Shown here one piece after another: positions 44,522 through 55,314 of a DNA stretch of 64,000 nt. A model generated the notes under the pieces. The model was given only the letters and a program-made list of their open reading frames with translations. It had not been told where the DNA came from and did no database searches. A program made the translations under genes and the position numbers. Positions within the stretch are counted from its first letter, which is position 1. Each line of letters begins with the position of its first letter. The DNA comes from Rhizobiaceae bacterium (GTDB taxonomy: Bacteria; Pseudomonadota; Alphaproteobacteria; Rhizobiales; Rhizobiaceae), in the NCBI GenBank assembly GCA_965232405.1, contig OZ246966.1, positions 1,417,731 through 1,481,730 of the forward strand, written 5' to 3'.

Positions 44522-44932
44522 TCACCGATCGCCCGAGAGGCTTTCGACCAGTTCGACGATCTTCCTGCGGATGCCCGCGTCGGTGATCTTCACGAATGCC
44601 CTGTTGAGCCGCAGGCCTTCAGTGCTGGAGAGGAAATCGACCAGGTAGTTCGACCCGTCGGCTTCCGCAAATCCGCTATTGGCCCCCTTGTCGATACCCG
44701 GCGCGTCCTCGAAGAAAAAGGCCGGCGGCACTTCCAGGATCGAGGCAATTGCCTGAAGCCGGCTCGCGCCCACCCGGTTCGTGCCCTTTTCGTATTTCTG
44801 GACCTGCTGGAAGGTAATGCCAAGCGTTTCGCCAAGCTTTTCCTGGCTCATTTCCAGCATGTTGCGACGCAGCCTGATGCGGCTCCCGACATGAACGTCG
44901 ATAGGGTTCGGCTTCTTCTTGTTGTCGCTCAT
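44522..44932 (-). CDS. XRE family HTH regulator
   Basis: HVGSRIRLRR, GITFQQVQKYEKGTNRVGASRL. Confidence 0.93.
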   Translation of the reverse strand: MSDNKKKPNPIDVHVGSRIRLRRNMLEMSQEKLGETLGITFQQVQKYEKGTNRVGASRLQAIASILEVPPAFFFEDAPGIDKGANSGFAEADGSNYLVDFLSSTEGLRLNRAFVKITDAGIRRKIVELVESLSGDR

Positions 44933-45033
44933 GGCCCCCTGCTCACCTGCCCCCAGTGTCAGCGAATCGCCGAATGCGCAACGGCACTACTGTGCCATTC
45001 TGCACAACCAGTGGTTACATGACAACGGCTGAA

Positions 45034-46725
45034 TCAATCACGCCGCGCCGACCTCTGCGATGCCAGAAGGGCACCCATGATCAGCAGCACCACGATGCCC
45101 CAGCCGATCATGCCGGCAAACTCCAGCCTCAGCCTGTTGGCGGGCGACAGCGGCACGGCAACATCGAGAACGCCGACCGCATCCAGCGCCAGCGCGTCAA
45201 TCACCCGGCCCTTTGCGTCGACGACTGCCGAGATGCCGTTATTGGCGGCGCGGACCATTGGACGCCCCGCCTCGACAGCCCTCACCTGCGCCTGCCGGAG
45301 ATGCTGGAAGGGACCGGGCGAGCGGCCGTACCAGGCGTCATTGGTGACGTTGACGATCAGACTGGCGTCTTGCGTTTCCGACGCGATCAGGCCCGGAAAA
45401 ATGACTTCGTAGCAGATATAGGCGACAGCGCCGACGCCGGGTGCAACCTCGATCGCATGGCGGGGACCGCCGGTCGAAAAGCTGCCAGGCAGATAGACGA
45501 GCTTGGTGATTCCGATGCGCGACAACAGTTCCTCGAACGGCACGAATTCCCCAAGCGGCACCAGATGCACCTTGTCGACCGCGTCGAACATCACGCCGGC
45601 CGAGTTGATGCCTACAACCGAATTGTAGAAGCGGGCGTCAGGGTCGACGGCGCTCTCTCCCTCGATGCGCACCGCACCGGCCAGAAGCGTCTGGTCGTCG
45701 CGCACGAGTTCGCCCAACGCCGACAGCGCATCCGGCCGGTCCTGGAGGATGAAAGGAACCGAAGTCTCCGGCCACACGATCAGCTGCGCTCGCGTGCCGC
45801 GCTCTCCACTGTCCTGAGCCGACAGTTCGAGGAAGGTCTGGAATATCCGGTCGCGGACCGCACTGTTCCATTTTTCCGACTGGTCAATGGAAGGCTGGAC
45901 CAGCCGAACGGCAAGCGTTTCGCCATCGCCTTCGTCGGGCAGCGAAATCCGTGCAAAGCCGAAACCGGCGTGTAGTGCGACCAGCACCACCAGCAGCGCC
46001 ATGCCGGACCGGCGGTGTCGTTGGCCGGCAAGAAGCGCCGGCAATGCGAAAGCGAACACCGCAAGCGCATTGATGCCGGTCATGCCCACCACGCCGACCG
46101 ACTGCATCAGAAGAGGCGTCGGCATGGCTGCATAACCAATCGCGTTCCACGGAAAGCCGGTGAGCAGCATGGCGCGCAGCCACTCCGCAACGCCAAAAGC
46201 GGCGGCAAGGGCTGCAATACGGCCAATGCCATCCGACCAGAGCGGGCGCGCCAGAGCGGCGGCGAGGCCGTAGAAGACCGCGAGGATAGCCGGCAACAGA
46301 AGAACCGCAATCGGCAGCGCCCAGGCATATTGGGCCAGATCGGTCAGCATCGCATTGCCGATCCACCAAAGGCCGCCGATGAAATAGCCGAAACCGAACC
46401 ACCAGCCGGTGGCAAAGGGTGGAACAAGGCGCTTCAGCCAGTTGCCGCCTGCATCAGCGGCCGCACCGTCGAGCAGCCAGACCAAAATCGGAAAGGCGAT
46501 CAGGCAAACGGCGAAGAAGTCGAACGGCGCCTGCGAAAACGACGCCAGCCCGCCAATCAGGAAAGAAACAGCGTGACGCCGCCAGCCATAAAGCAGCAAC
46601 AGGCGCGCAGCGAACCGGCTCAGCCGGGTCTCGGAGCCTTCAGCTGGCGCCGCCCCAAACAATTGGCCGTGTGGCAGATCAGTCGATGCCGCTGGCATGG
46701 CGTCGAGGCCCCGTGCGCGAATCAC
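45034..46725 (-). CDS. lnt: Apolipoprotein N-acyltransferase
   Basis: GFPWNAIGY, VWPET, KVHLVPLGE, ICYE, NDAWY; start may be ATG 46698. Confidence 0.95.
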   Translation of the reverse strand: MIRARGLDAMPAASTDLPHGQLFGAAPAEGSETRLSRFAARLLLLYGWRRHAVSFLIGGLASFSQAPFDFFAVCLIAFPILVWLLDGAAADAGGNWLKRLVPPFATGWWFGFGYFIGGLWWIGNAMLTDLAQYAWALPIAVLLLPAILAVFYGLAAALARPLWSDGIGRIAALAAAFGVAEWLRAMLLTGFPWNAIGYAAMPTPLLMQSVGVVGMTGINALAVFAFALPALLAGQRHRRSGMALLVVLVALHAGFGFARISLPDEGDGETLAVRLVQPSIDQSEKWNSAVRDRIFQTFLELSAQDSGERGTRAQLIVWPETSVPFILQDRPDALSALGELVRDDQTLLAGAVRIEGESAVDPDARFYNSVVGINSAGVMFDAVDKVHLVPLGEFVPFEELLSRIGITKLVYLPGSFSTGGPRHAIEVAPGVGAVAYICYEVIFPGLIASETQDASLIVNVTNDAWYGRSPGPFQHLRQAQVRAVEAGRPMVRAANNGISAVVDAKGRVIDALALDAVGVLDVAVPLSPANRLRLEFAGMIGWGIVVLLIMGALLASQRSARRD

Positions 46726-46785
46726 GTTGACTTTCTACCAGTGCGGAGGTGGCGTTCCAATGCGAGACCGGGCGTTCACCCGGCC

Positions 46786-47847
46786 CTAGTCGTCGTGGCC
46801 AGCCGCCACCTTTTGCACCCGCCGTTTGCGATCGCCGGCGCGAATCTGGACAATGCGCACACGCTTGACCCGGCGCGGATCGGCGTCGAGCACGTGGAAC
46901 TCGAACCCCGGTATCGCAGGAACCACTTCGCCGCGCGCGGGCACGCGGCCGAGCGTGTTGAAGATCATGCCGCCGATCGTGTCGACATCCTCTTCGTGCT
47001 CGCTGCCCCTGAAGCCTTCGCCGATCTGATCGGCGACAACGTCAATCTCGGCGCGCGCGTCGACAACAAAGACGCCATCGCCCGCCTGCGTGATCAGCGG
47101 CTCGTCCTCGTCGTGCTCGTCCTCGATGTCGCCGACCACCATCTCGACAATGTCTTCCAGCGAAGCGAGGCCGTCGGTGCCGCCATATTCGTCGATCACC
47201 AGCGCCATCTGGATACGCGCGGCCTGCATGCGCGCCATCAGGTCTGACGCCAGCATGGAGGGCGGCACGAACAGAAGCGGCCTGATCAGATTGAGTTCGC
47301 CGATGGAGCGCGTGAGATCGACCTTGCCGAGATCGAGCGGCGCGTTGTCTGCCGCCTTCTTCTGGCCGCGGCCTTTTTTCGGCTGGCGGGACATACTCAG
47401 CAGTTGGCCGACGACGTCGCGGATGTGGACCATGCCGCGCGGGTCATCGAGCGTCTCGCCATAGACCGGCAGACGCGAATGTCCGGATTGCTCGAAGATC
47501 TGCAGCAGTTCGCCGAGCTGGGTCGAAACATCGACCGCCTCGACCTCGGCGCGCGGCACCATCACGTCTTCGACGCGCACCTCGCGCAGCCGCAGGATGT
47601 TGTGCAGCATGGCCCGTTCGCCGGGCGAGAACTCAGCCGCGTCGGCGGCCTCCGACAATGCGTCGGTCAGGTCCTCGCGCAACGAGTTCCCGTTGCGCGG
47701 GCGCAAGAAGGCGCTCACGCGCTGCAGCAATGTGGGGCGTTGGGGTGCGGATTGTCGTCCGGGTTCCGGACTTTCGCCCGCCTGTTCACCGCTGTCCGTT
47801 TCAGTATCCGGCGGAGCGGCTGTTACCTGGCTGGTGTGTTCGTTCAT
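46786..47847 (-). CDS. CorC/HlyC CBS domain protein
   Basis: GHSRLPVY, VIDEYGGTDGL, SLEDIVE. Confidence 0.93.
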   Translation of the reverse strand: MNEHTSQVTAAPPDTETDSGEQAGESPEPGRQSAPQRPTLLQRVSAFLRPRNGNSLREDLTDALSEAADAAEFSPGERAMLHNILRLREVRVEDVMVPRAEVEAVDVSTQLGELLQIFEQSGHSRLPVYGETLDDPRGMVHIRDVVGQLLSMSRQPKKGRGQKKAADNAPLDLGKVDLTRSIGELNLIRPLLFVPPSMLASDLMARMQAARIQMALVIDEYGGTDGLASLEDIVEMVVGDIEDEHDEDEPLITQAGDGVFVVDARAEIDVVADQIGEGFRGSEHEEDVDTIGGMIFNTLGRVPARGEVVPAIPGFEFHVLDADPRRVKRVRIVQIRAGDRKRRVQKVAAGHDD

Positions 47848-47876
47848 CTTCGTCTGGCAGAAAAACCGGCTTTCAC

Positions 47877-48383
47877 TTAGGCATATGGATCGGGAATCGC
47901 AAGGTGTTGCAATATTCTCCGCTCCAGCGCTTCCATCGTCTCAGCCTCTTCGTCCTCAATGTGATCATGGCCTAGCAGGTGCAAAAGACCATGCACGACC
48001 AGATGGGTGAGATGGTCAATGAATGGTTTGCCCTGCTCTTGCGCCTCGCGCGAAACCGTCTCGAAACCGAAAACGATATCGCCCAACAGGGCGGGCAGCG
48101 CATCGCCGGGGCGCAGCTCGGCAAGTGGAAATGATAACACGTTCGTCGCACGATCCTTGCCGCGCCATTCACCGTTGAGTGCTGCGATATGTGCATCGTC
48201 GGTGAAAGTCAGGCCAAGTTCGCTGTGAGGCGGTGCCGAAAATTCGACTTCGGCAAGACAGGCTTCCGTCGCGCGGCGCGCCAGAACTTCCAGCTCTTGT
48301 GCCGCAGGCCAGTCGCCGGCTTCGATTTCGACTATGAGATCAAGCCAGGCCGCAGTGGCCTGGGCTTTCTTCGCCGCGTTCAC
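47877..48383 (-). CDS. ybeY: rRNA maturation RNase YbeY
   Basis: TNVLSFP, HGLLHLLGHDH. Confidence 0.96.
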   Translation of the reverse strand: MNAAKKAQATAAWLDLIVEIEAGDWPAAQELEVLARRATEACLAEVEFSAPPHSELGLTFTDDAHIAALNGEWRGKDRATNVLSFPLAELRPGDALPALLGDIVFGFETVSREAQEQGKPFIDHLTHLVVHGLLHLLGHDHIEDEEAETMEALERRILQHLAIPDPYA

Positions 48384-49432
48384 AGCTCCGGCTTGCGTCC
48401 CTTGCCCGCCGGCGCGGGGCCGGAGCCCGCGCGGTCATAGGCCGCCACGATCTCAGCCACCAGCGGATGGCGCACAACGTCCTTGTCGTTGAAGCGCACC
48501 GTCACGATGCCCGGCACGTCGGACAATACCTGAAGCGCCTCGACCAGCCCCGACTTGGTGTTGGGCGGCAGATCGATCTGGCTGGGATCGCCGGTAACGA
48601 TCATGCGTCCGCCCTCGCCCAGACGGGTGAGAAACATCTTCATCTGCATCGGCGTGGTGTTCTGCGCCTCGTCGAGAATGATCGCCGCGTTGTGCAGCGT
48701 GCGTCCGCGCATGAAGGCGAGCGGCGCAATCTCGATCACGTCCGCCGCAATGGCGCGTTCCACCTTGTCGGACGGGATCATGTCATGCAGCGCGTCGTAG
48801 AGCGGGCGCAGATAGGGATCGACCTTCTCCTTCATGTCGCCCGGCAGGAAGCCCAGCCGCTCGCCGGCCTCGACGGCGGGGCGCGACAGGATGATCCTGT
48901 CCACCATTCCGCGTTCCAGCAGCATCGCCGCATAGGCGACGGCGAGATAGGTCTTGCCCGTGCCCGCGGGCCCGACGCCGAAAACCAGTTCGGAGCGTTC
49001 GAGCGCCCGCATATAGGCGTCCTGATTGACCGAACGGGCGTGAATCGTCTTCTTGCGGGTCGAAAACTGTGCTGCGGCCACCTTGCCCTTGCTCTCCATG
49101 GTCGGCAGGCTCAGCTGGTCATCGGCGGCCACCGCCATGCGCACCGCGCCGTCGACATCCGACTGCGCGAGCTGCGAGCCCTTCTGGAGCAGATCGTAGA
49201 GGTAATCCAGCGCGCGCCGCGCCTGTTCGGCAACGGTCGCCTCACCCTGAATGGAGAGCTGGTTTCCCTTCGAACTGATGTCCACGCCGAGCTTCTGCTC
49301 GATGCGGGCGAGGTTTTCGTCGAACTGCCCGTATAGCGCACTGGCATGCCTGTTATTGTCGAAGGTCAGTACGATATGCGCCATGTCCGACGCCCCGGAG
49401 GACGGCTTCTTCAATTCGGTGGCGGCGCTCAA
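48380..49432 (-). CDS. PhoH-like ATPase
   Basis: GPAGTGKT, RLGFLPGD, MRGRTL, DEAQN. Confidence 0.95.
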   Translation of the reverse strand: MSAATELKKPSSGASDMAHIVLTFDNNRHASALYGQFDENLARIEQKLGVDISSKGNQLSIQGEATVAEQARRALDYLYDLLQKGSQLAQSDVDGAVRMAVAADDQLSLPTMESKGKVAAAQFSTRKKTIHARSVNQDAYMRALERSELVFGVGPAGTGKTYLAVAYAAMLLERGMVDRIILSRPAVEAGERLGFLPGDMKEKVDPYLRPLYDALHDMIPSDKVERAIAADVIEIAPLAFMRGRTLHNAAIILDEAQNTTPMQMKMFLTRLGEGGRMIVTGDPSQIDLPPNTKSGLVEALQVLSDVPGIVTVRFNDKDVVRHPLVAEIVAAYDRAGSGPAPAGKGRKPEL

Positions 49433-49462
49433 TAAAGGCTCCTCACGATTATCGCGGTTTCC

Positions 49463-50836
49463 CTAGAGTACATCGGCAAACAGGCTGTTGGTGCCCGTGT
49501 GCGTGATTCGTACCGGTACAATGTCACCGATTCCGCCGGCTTTTTCATCAACAATCACCGGCTGCAGCCAGGGCGATCGACCGATCATCTGGCCGGTGTG
49601 GCGCCCGGGCTTCTCGATCAGCAATTCGATGTCGCGTCCGACCAGGCTTTCAGCGAAGGCATGCTGCTGCTCGGTGAGCAAAGCCTGCAACCGCTGCAGG
49701 CGTTCGTCCATCACCTCGACGGATACCTGATTGCCGCGGTCCGCCGCCGGCGTGCCGGGGCGGGGCGAATATTTGAACGAGAACGCCTGTGCGTATTCGA
49801 CCTCGCGGACGATGCGCATCGTGTCCTCGAAGTCGGCATCCGTCTCGCCCGGAAAGCCGACGATGAAATCGCCCGACATGGCGATGTCCGGCTGCGCGGC
49901 GCGGATGCGCTCGATCAGCCGCAGATATTCGTCCGCCGTGTGCTTGCGGTTCATCGCCTTGAGGATGTGGTCCGAACCCGACTGAACCGGCAGATGCAGA
50001 TAGGGCATCAGCGCGGGGAGATCGCGGTGGGCGGCAATCAGCGCGTCATCCATGTCGCGCGGATGGCTGGTCGTGTAGCGCAGGCGGGCAATGCCCGGAA
50101 CCTCGGCCAGCCGGAACAGCAATTCGCCCAGGCCCCACTCACGGCCGTCGGGTCCAGCGCCATGCCATGCGTTGACGTTCTGGCCAAGCAGTGTGAGTTC
50201 GCGCACGCCGGCATCGGCCAGACGCTCGGCCTCGGCGACGATCTGCGAAACCGGGCGCGAGACCTCGGAGCCACGAGTATAGGGCACTACACAGAAGGTG
50301 CAGAACTTGTCGCAGCCTTCCTGCACGGTGAGAAACGCCGTCACGCCACGAGCCCTGACCGCCTTGGCCTGCTGGCCCGGCAGATGCGCGAACTTGTCCT
50401 CGATGGCGTATTCGGTCTCGACCACCTTCTCGCCGCCCCGCGCCTTCTTCACCACGTCAGGAAGACGGTGATAGGTCTGCGGGCCGATGACGAGATCGAC
50501 GACCGGCGCCCGGCGAATGATCTCCTCGCCTTCAGCCTGCGCCACACAGCCCGCAACGCCGATCAGCGTTTCGCGGCCATCCTTCTCGCGCTCGGCCTTG
50601 ATGCCGCGAATGCGGCCAAGCTCGGAATAGACCTTCTCGGCGGCCTTTTCGCGAATGTGGCAGGTGTTGAGCAGGACGAGATCGGCATCCTCCATCGCCT
50701 CGGTGGCGACGTAGCCTTCGGCTGCCAGCGCATCGGCCATGCGCTGACTGTCATAGACATTCATCTGGCAGCCATAGGTCTTGACGAAGACCTTCCTGGC
50801 TGTGGCCGTTTCGTGATCGGCGACGATTTCGTTCAT
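49463..50836 (-). CDS. miaB: tRNA methylthiotransferase MiaB
   Basis: [22 protein letters not shown] radical SAM motif, TRAM domain. Confidence 0.97.
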   Translation of the reverse strand: MNEIVADHETATARKVFVKTYGCQMNVYDSQRMADALAAEGYVATEAMEDADLVLLNTCHIREKAAEKVYSELGRIRGIKAEREKDGRETLIGVAGCVAQAEGEEIIRRAPVVDLVIGPQTYHRLPDVVKKARGGEKVVETEYAIEDKFAHLPGQQAKAVRARGVTAFLTVQEGCDKFCTFCVVPYTRGSEVSRPVSQIVAEAERLADAGVRELTLLGQNVNAWHGAGPDGREWGLGELLFRLAEVPGIARLRYTTSHPRDMDDALIAAHRDLPALMPYLHLPVQSGSDHILKAMNRKHTADEYLRLIERIRAAQPDIAMSGDFIVGFPGETDADFEDTMRIVREVEYAQAFSFKYSPRPGTPAADRGNQVSVEVMDERLQRLQALLTEQQHAFAESLVGRDIELLIEKPGRHTGQMIGRSPWLQPVIVDEKAGGIGDIVPVRITHTGTNSLFADVL

Positions 50837-50908
50837 TGGCGGCTAATTAGAACAACCGGACGTCAAAAAACAGTCGGTTTCGCGACATTTGGGTAACAGC
50901 TTGTGACG

Positions 50909-51715
50909 CTATTTCTCACCGCTCTTGATCGGGTGGCTGATCGCGTCGTTGAACATCTCGGTTACCCGGCGCTCAACGATCCGCGCAACCTCCTTGCGCT
51001 TGACGCCCGGCCGGTACTCGACCGGCTCGCCGAAATGCAGTTCGACATCCACTGCGCCTTCCTTGAGGAGCTGGATGATGTGCGGCCCCAGAAGCCTGTC
51101 GCCGATCCATGCCGCATGGGTGCGGTGGATACGGCCCATCGGCATGCCGTGAAAGCGCGTGTAGGCGATGGTGAGCGGCTGGATGAAAACGTGGTCCGTC
51201 TCGCCCCGGTCCACGGCCATCGAGGCCGCACCGAACAGCGTCGACTTGAATGGCAGAAGCAAATTGCCGTCCGCGGTCATGCCTTCGGCGAACAGCAGCA
51301 TGGGGTCGCCGTCATTCATGCGTTGCGCGATCTCGCCCGCCTGATCGCCGGATTTGCGCCTGTTCTCCCGCTCAACGAAAACGGTGCGCTGCAATTTGGA
51401 CAACACGCCGATCGCCGGCCAGCCGGACACTTCCGACTTGGCGATGAAGTTCACCTCGGCCACCGCACCCACCACCATGATATCAGTCCATGAGATATGG
51501 TTGGCGGCGATCAGTAGCGGCCGCTTGTCGGACATCTGTCCGCGCACATGAAGCCGGAAACCGAGAACGAACAGCACAAAACGGTGCCACTGACGCGGCA
51601 GGAAACGCTCATTGCCGATGCCGGTTTTCAGGATGAAAATCTGCGCCAGCGCCATGGTCGGCGTGACCAGCACAACCAGAAGCAACATGAACGACACACG
51701 TATCCAGCCGAGCAT
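50909..51715 (-). CDS. Lysophospholipid acyltransferase (PlsC/OlsA-like)
   Basis: NHISWTD, FIAK, FAEG. Confidence 0.9.
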   Translation of the reverse strand: MLGWIRVSFMLLLVVLVTPTMALAQIFILKTGIGNERFLPRQWHRFVLFVLGFRLHVRGQMSDKRPLLIAANHISWTDIMVVGAVAEVNFIAKSEVSGWPAIGVLSKLQRTVFVERENRRKSGDQAGEIAQRMNDGDPMLLFAEGMTADGNLLLPFKSTLFGAASMAVDRGETDHVFIQPLTIAYTRFHGMPMGRIHRTHAAWIGDRLLGPHIIQLLKEGAVDVELHFGEPVEYRPGVKRKEVARIVERRVTEMFNDAISHPIKSGEK

Positions 51716-51854
51716 GCTCTCCCGCCCTCCAGCCAAGCCGTCGTTGGCTATAACATTTTGCAGTCAGGTGGCATCACCTGACGTCCGCACAAATGCGGAA
51801 AACAAACAAACAGATAGAGCGTCCTATTATGCGTCCGAACAAACGCACGGCGCT

Positions 51855-52349
51855 CTAGCGAAGATCACGGCGCATAACAAGCGCGCTGGTCTTGCGGCCG
51901 TCACGGGACGAATAATAGCCTTCGCGGCGACCGACATCGTGAAAGCCGAGCCGCCGGTAAAGGCCGACCGCCGGCACGTTCGTTTCGTCGACTTCCAGAA
52001 ACAGGGCCTCGGCGCGCTCCGCATGCAGGTAACGCAGAACCGCGTCCATCAGCATCCGGCCAAGGCCGTGCCGCCTGTATGATCGCGACACCACGATGGT
52101 CAGTATCTCCGCCTCGCCAGCGGCCATACGCGCCAGAACGAAGCCCTGAATGGGCGGCTTGCCGCTCTTGCCGAGCGGGCGCACGGCATAACCGAACACC
52201 GGCTCCTGCACCAGCAGCGCCTCGAACTCCTCCTCCGACCAGGGGCGCGCGAAATGATCGGCATGAAGCCCCGCCATCGCAGCCGTGTCGTCAAGCGTCA
52301 GATCGCGAACGACATATTCGCGCGCGCCGGAAACGAAAGGAATGCGCAT
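51855..52349 (-). CDS. rimI: RimI-like N-acetyltransferase
   Basis: EAEILTI, RRHGLG, FLEVDETN, RREGYY. Confidence 0.9.
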   Translation of the reverse strand: MRIPFVSGAREYVVRDLTLDDTAAMAGLHADHFARPWSEEEFEALLVQEPVFGYAVRPLGKSGKPPIQGFVLARMAAGEAEILTIVVSRSYRRHGLGRMLMDAVLRYLHAERAEALFLEVDETNVPAVGLYRRLGFHDVGRREGYYSSRDGRKTSALVMRRDLR

Positions 52350-53026
52350 CAGCTTTCCTTTCGGGCGACGGCAAACCCTTCCTGCGGCTTTGCGTCGGCG
52401 TCGCGCAAATAGAGCGGGCGAGGCGGGGCGGCCTCCGCGTCCTGCCGTGCAGCCAGATACGCATAGGTCGCAATGTCGGCGGTCGCCGCGCGGGCGGCTA
52501 TGTCCACCGGTCGCCCCAGAGCTTCGGCGATCATGTCCGCCGCGCTGCCGGCAAGCACCATATCCTTGCCGCCGATTTCACCCACCGTGTCCGCGAGCGT
52601 TGCGATGGCCGGTCCGCTCAGTCGCCCGCCATTCGCGTCAAAGCCGGCGACATAAAGCTGATCGCGGCGCGCATCGATTGCAGCGAGGATTTCGCGGCCG
52701 GTAAACGCGATGCGGGCCTCATGCGCCAGTGCGTCGAGCGTTGTCACACCGACGGAAGGAATGTCCAGCGCCAGCGCCAAACCCCGCGCGGCAGCGACGC
52801 CGACGCGGATACCTGTGAAAGAACCCGGACCGACCGAAACGCCAATCAGGTCGAGATCGCCATAGGTCGAGCCGGCCGATTTCAGCGCGTCGTCGATGAC
52901 TGCCATCAGATGCTCGGCATGGCCCTTGCCGAGATCCAGCATGGCGCGGCCAAGTTCGCCAGTTTCCGTGTCGAAAAGGCAGGCCGCGCACAAATTTGCG
53001 GCGGTGTCGATTGCAAGGACTTTCAT
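52349..53026 (-). CDS. tsaB: t6A biosynthesis protein TsaB
   Basis: LAIDTA, GPGSFTGIRVG, IDARR. Confidence 0.95.
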   Translation of the reverse strand: MKVLAIDTAANLCAACLFDTETGELGRAMLDLGKGHAEHLMAVIDDALKSAGSTYGDLDLIGVSVGPGSFTGIRVGVAAARGLALALDIPSVGVTTLDALAHEARIAFTGREILAAIDARRDQLYVAGFDANGGRLSGPAIATLADTVGEIGGKDMVLAGSAADMIAEALGRPVDIAARAATADIATYAYLAARQDAEAAPPRPLYLRDADAKPQEGFAVARKES

Positions 53027-53056
53027 CGATGGTTCGGCGATCGCCCGCCGTGTCCC

Positions 53057-55222
53057 TTATCCCGCGTGGTCACGCGCTTTCAGCTCCAGCCGGCGCGCAT
53101 GCAGGATCGGTTCCGTGTAACCGCTCGGCTGCTCGCGGCCCTTGAAGATCAGGTCGCACGCCGCCTGAAAAGCGATCGAGCCGTCGAAATCTGCGGCCAT
53201 CGGGCGATAAAGCGGATCGCCCGCGTTCTGGCGATCGACGACCGCCGCCATGCGCTTCATCGTCTCCATCACCTGTTCTTCGCTGCAGACGCCGTGATGC
53301 AGCCAGTTGGCGATATGCTGGGAGGAAATGCGCAGCGTGGCGCGGTCTTCCATCAGGCCGACATCGTTGATGTCCGGTACCTTGGAGCAGCCGACGCCCT
53401 GATCGACCCAGCGCACGACGTAACCAAGAATGCCCTGGGCATTGTTGTCGAGTTCCTTCTGGATCTCCTCCGGCGTCCAGTTGGGGCGCGGGGCGACCGG
53501 GATCGACAGTATGTCCGACAGCTTGGCGCGCTCACGCGATTTCAGCTTGGCCTGTACCTCGGCGACATTGACCTGATGATAATGCGTGGCATGCAGCGTG
53601 GCGGCCGTCGGCGAGGGCACCCATGCAGTGTTGGCGCCGGCCTTCGGGTGGCCGATCTTCTGTTCCAGCATGGCATGCATCAGGTCGGGCATCGCCCACA
53701 TGCCCTTGCCGATCTGGGCACGGCCTGAAAGTCCGCATGCGAGGCCGATATCGACATTCCAGTTCTCGTAAGCGTTGATCCAGGCCGCCTGCTTCATGTC
53801 GCCCTTGCGGATCATTGGACCGGCTTCCATCGAGGTGTGCATCTCGTCGCCGGTACGGTCGAGGAACCCGGTATTGATGAAGACCACGCGCTCCTGCGCA
53901 ACGCGGATGCACTCCTTGAGGTTGACCGTGGTGCGGCGCTCCTCGTCCATGATGCCCATCTTGATCGTGTTGGGCGCCATGCCGATGGCCGCTTCGACCC
54001 GGCCGAAGATCTCCACCGCGAAGGCCACTTCCTCGGGCCCGTGCATCTTGGGCTTCACCACATACATGGAGCCGGCGCGGCTGTTGGCGCGCCGGCCGTT
54101 CTGACCGATGTCGTGAAGGGCGATCGTTGCCGTCACGAAAGCGTCCATGATGCCTTCGGGAATCTCGTTACCGTCCCTGTCCATGATCGCCGGATTGGTC
54201 ATCAGGTGACCGACATTGCGCACCAGCATCAGCGAGCGTCCGGGCAGCGTGAACGGCTTGCCGTCCGGCGCTGTCAGCCGGACATCGTCGGCCAGATCGC
54301 GGGTAACCGTCTTGCCGCCCTTCTCAAAAGTCTCCTTGAGATCGCCCTTCATAAGTCCGAGCCAGTTTCGGTAGACGACAATCTTGTCCTCGGCATCGAC
54401 GGCCGCGACCGAATCCTCGCAATCCTGAATGGTGGTGAGCGCCGATTCCAGCATGACATCGGAGATGCCGGCCTTGTCGGTCTTGCCGATCGGGTGATCG
54501 CGGTCGATGACGATGTCGATATGCAGGCCGTTGCGAACGAGCATGATCTCGTCGAGCTGGTCGGGCGCGTGGCCATAAGCCACGAACTGCCACGCGTCCT
54601 TCAGGCCGACCTGCCCCGAACCGGTCGATACGGTCAGCGTGCCCCCGTCCACCGAAAAGCCGGTGACGTCGGACCAGCTTGCACCATCGAGCGGCGCGCT
54701 CTTGTCCAGGAAGTCCTTCGCCCATGCGATCACGCGCGCGCCACGCTCGGCATCGTAACCGCCGGGCTTTGGCCGGTCGCCCAGCGCGTCGGTGCCGTAG
54801 AGCGCGTCATAGAGCGAACCCCAGCGCGCATTGGCGGCATTGAGCGCGAAGCGGGCGTTCATGATGGGAACGACGAGCTGCGGGCCGGCGATGGAGGCGA
54901 TCTCGGCATCTACATTGGCCGTCGAGACCTGGAAGTCGCCGTTCTCCGGCAGCAGATAGCCGATGTCGCGCAGAAACTGCTCGTAGACAGCGAGATCGGA
55001 AGGCGCGCCGTTTTCGCGGTGCCAGGCATCGATCTTGGCCTGCAATTCGTCACGGCGGGCCAGCAATGCGCGGTTCTTCGGCGCCAGATCGTGAACGATC
55101 TGCGCAAGCCCGCTCCAGAACGCATCGGTTTCGACCCCGGTGCCGGGCAATGCCTCGTCATTGACGAAGTCATAGAGCTCGCGGGCGACCTTCAGGCCGT
55201 TGGTTTCGATGCGTTCTGACAT
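53057..55222 (-). CDS. glcB: Malate synthase G
   Basis: [44 protein letters not shown]. Confidence 0.98.
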   Translation of the reverse strand: MSERIETNGLKVARELYDFVNDEALPGTGVETDAFWSGLAQIVHDLAPKNRALLARRDELQAKIDAWHRENGAPSDLAVYEQFLRDIGYLLPENGDFQVSTANVDAEIASIAGPQLVVPIMNARFALNAANARWGSLYDALYGTDALGDRPKPGGYDAERGARVIAWAKDFLDKSAPLDGASWSDVTGFSVDGGTLTVSTGSGQVGLKDAWQFVAYGHAPDQLDEIMLVRNGLHIDIVIDRDHPIGKTDKAGISDVMLESALTTIQDCEDSVAAVDAEDKIVVYRNWLGLMKGDLKETFEKGGKTVTRDLADDVRLTAPDGKPFTLPGRSLMLVRNVGHLMTNPAIMDRDGNEIPEGIMDAFVTATIALHDIGQNGRRANSRAGSMYVVKPKMHGPEEVAFAVEIFGRVEAAIGMAPNTIKMGIMDEERRTTVNLKECIRVAQERVVFINTGFLDRTGDEMHTSMEAGPMIRKGDMKQAAWINAYENWNVDIGLACGLSGRAQIGKGMWAMPDLMHAMLEQKIGHPKAGANTAWVPSPTAATLHATHYHQVNVAEVQAKLKSRERAKLSDILSIPVAPRPNWTPEEIQKELDNNAQGILGYVVRWVDQGVGCSKVPDINDVGLMEDRATLRISSQHIANWLHHGVCSEEQVMETMKRMAAVVDRQNAGDPLYRPMAADFDGSIAFQAACDLIFKGREQPSGYTEPILHARRLELKARDHAG

Positions 55223-55314
55223 GAACATACCCCTTGATGCGACAATCGACGGCAGCTTTCACCACGGGCGGGGCGCGGGGTCAATTCATCTTCGGTCGGG
55301 GCCCGCGTCGGGGC

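Noticed and set aside
51716-51854. Absence of a fur/mur gene between rimI and plsC
   Set aside because: Present at this position in some alphaproteobacteria as I recall, but I cannot establish the ancestral state for this lineage from the window alone
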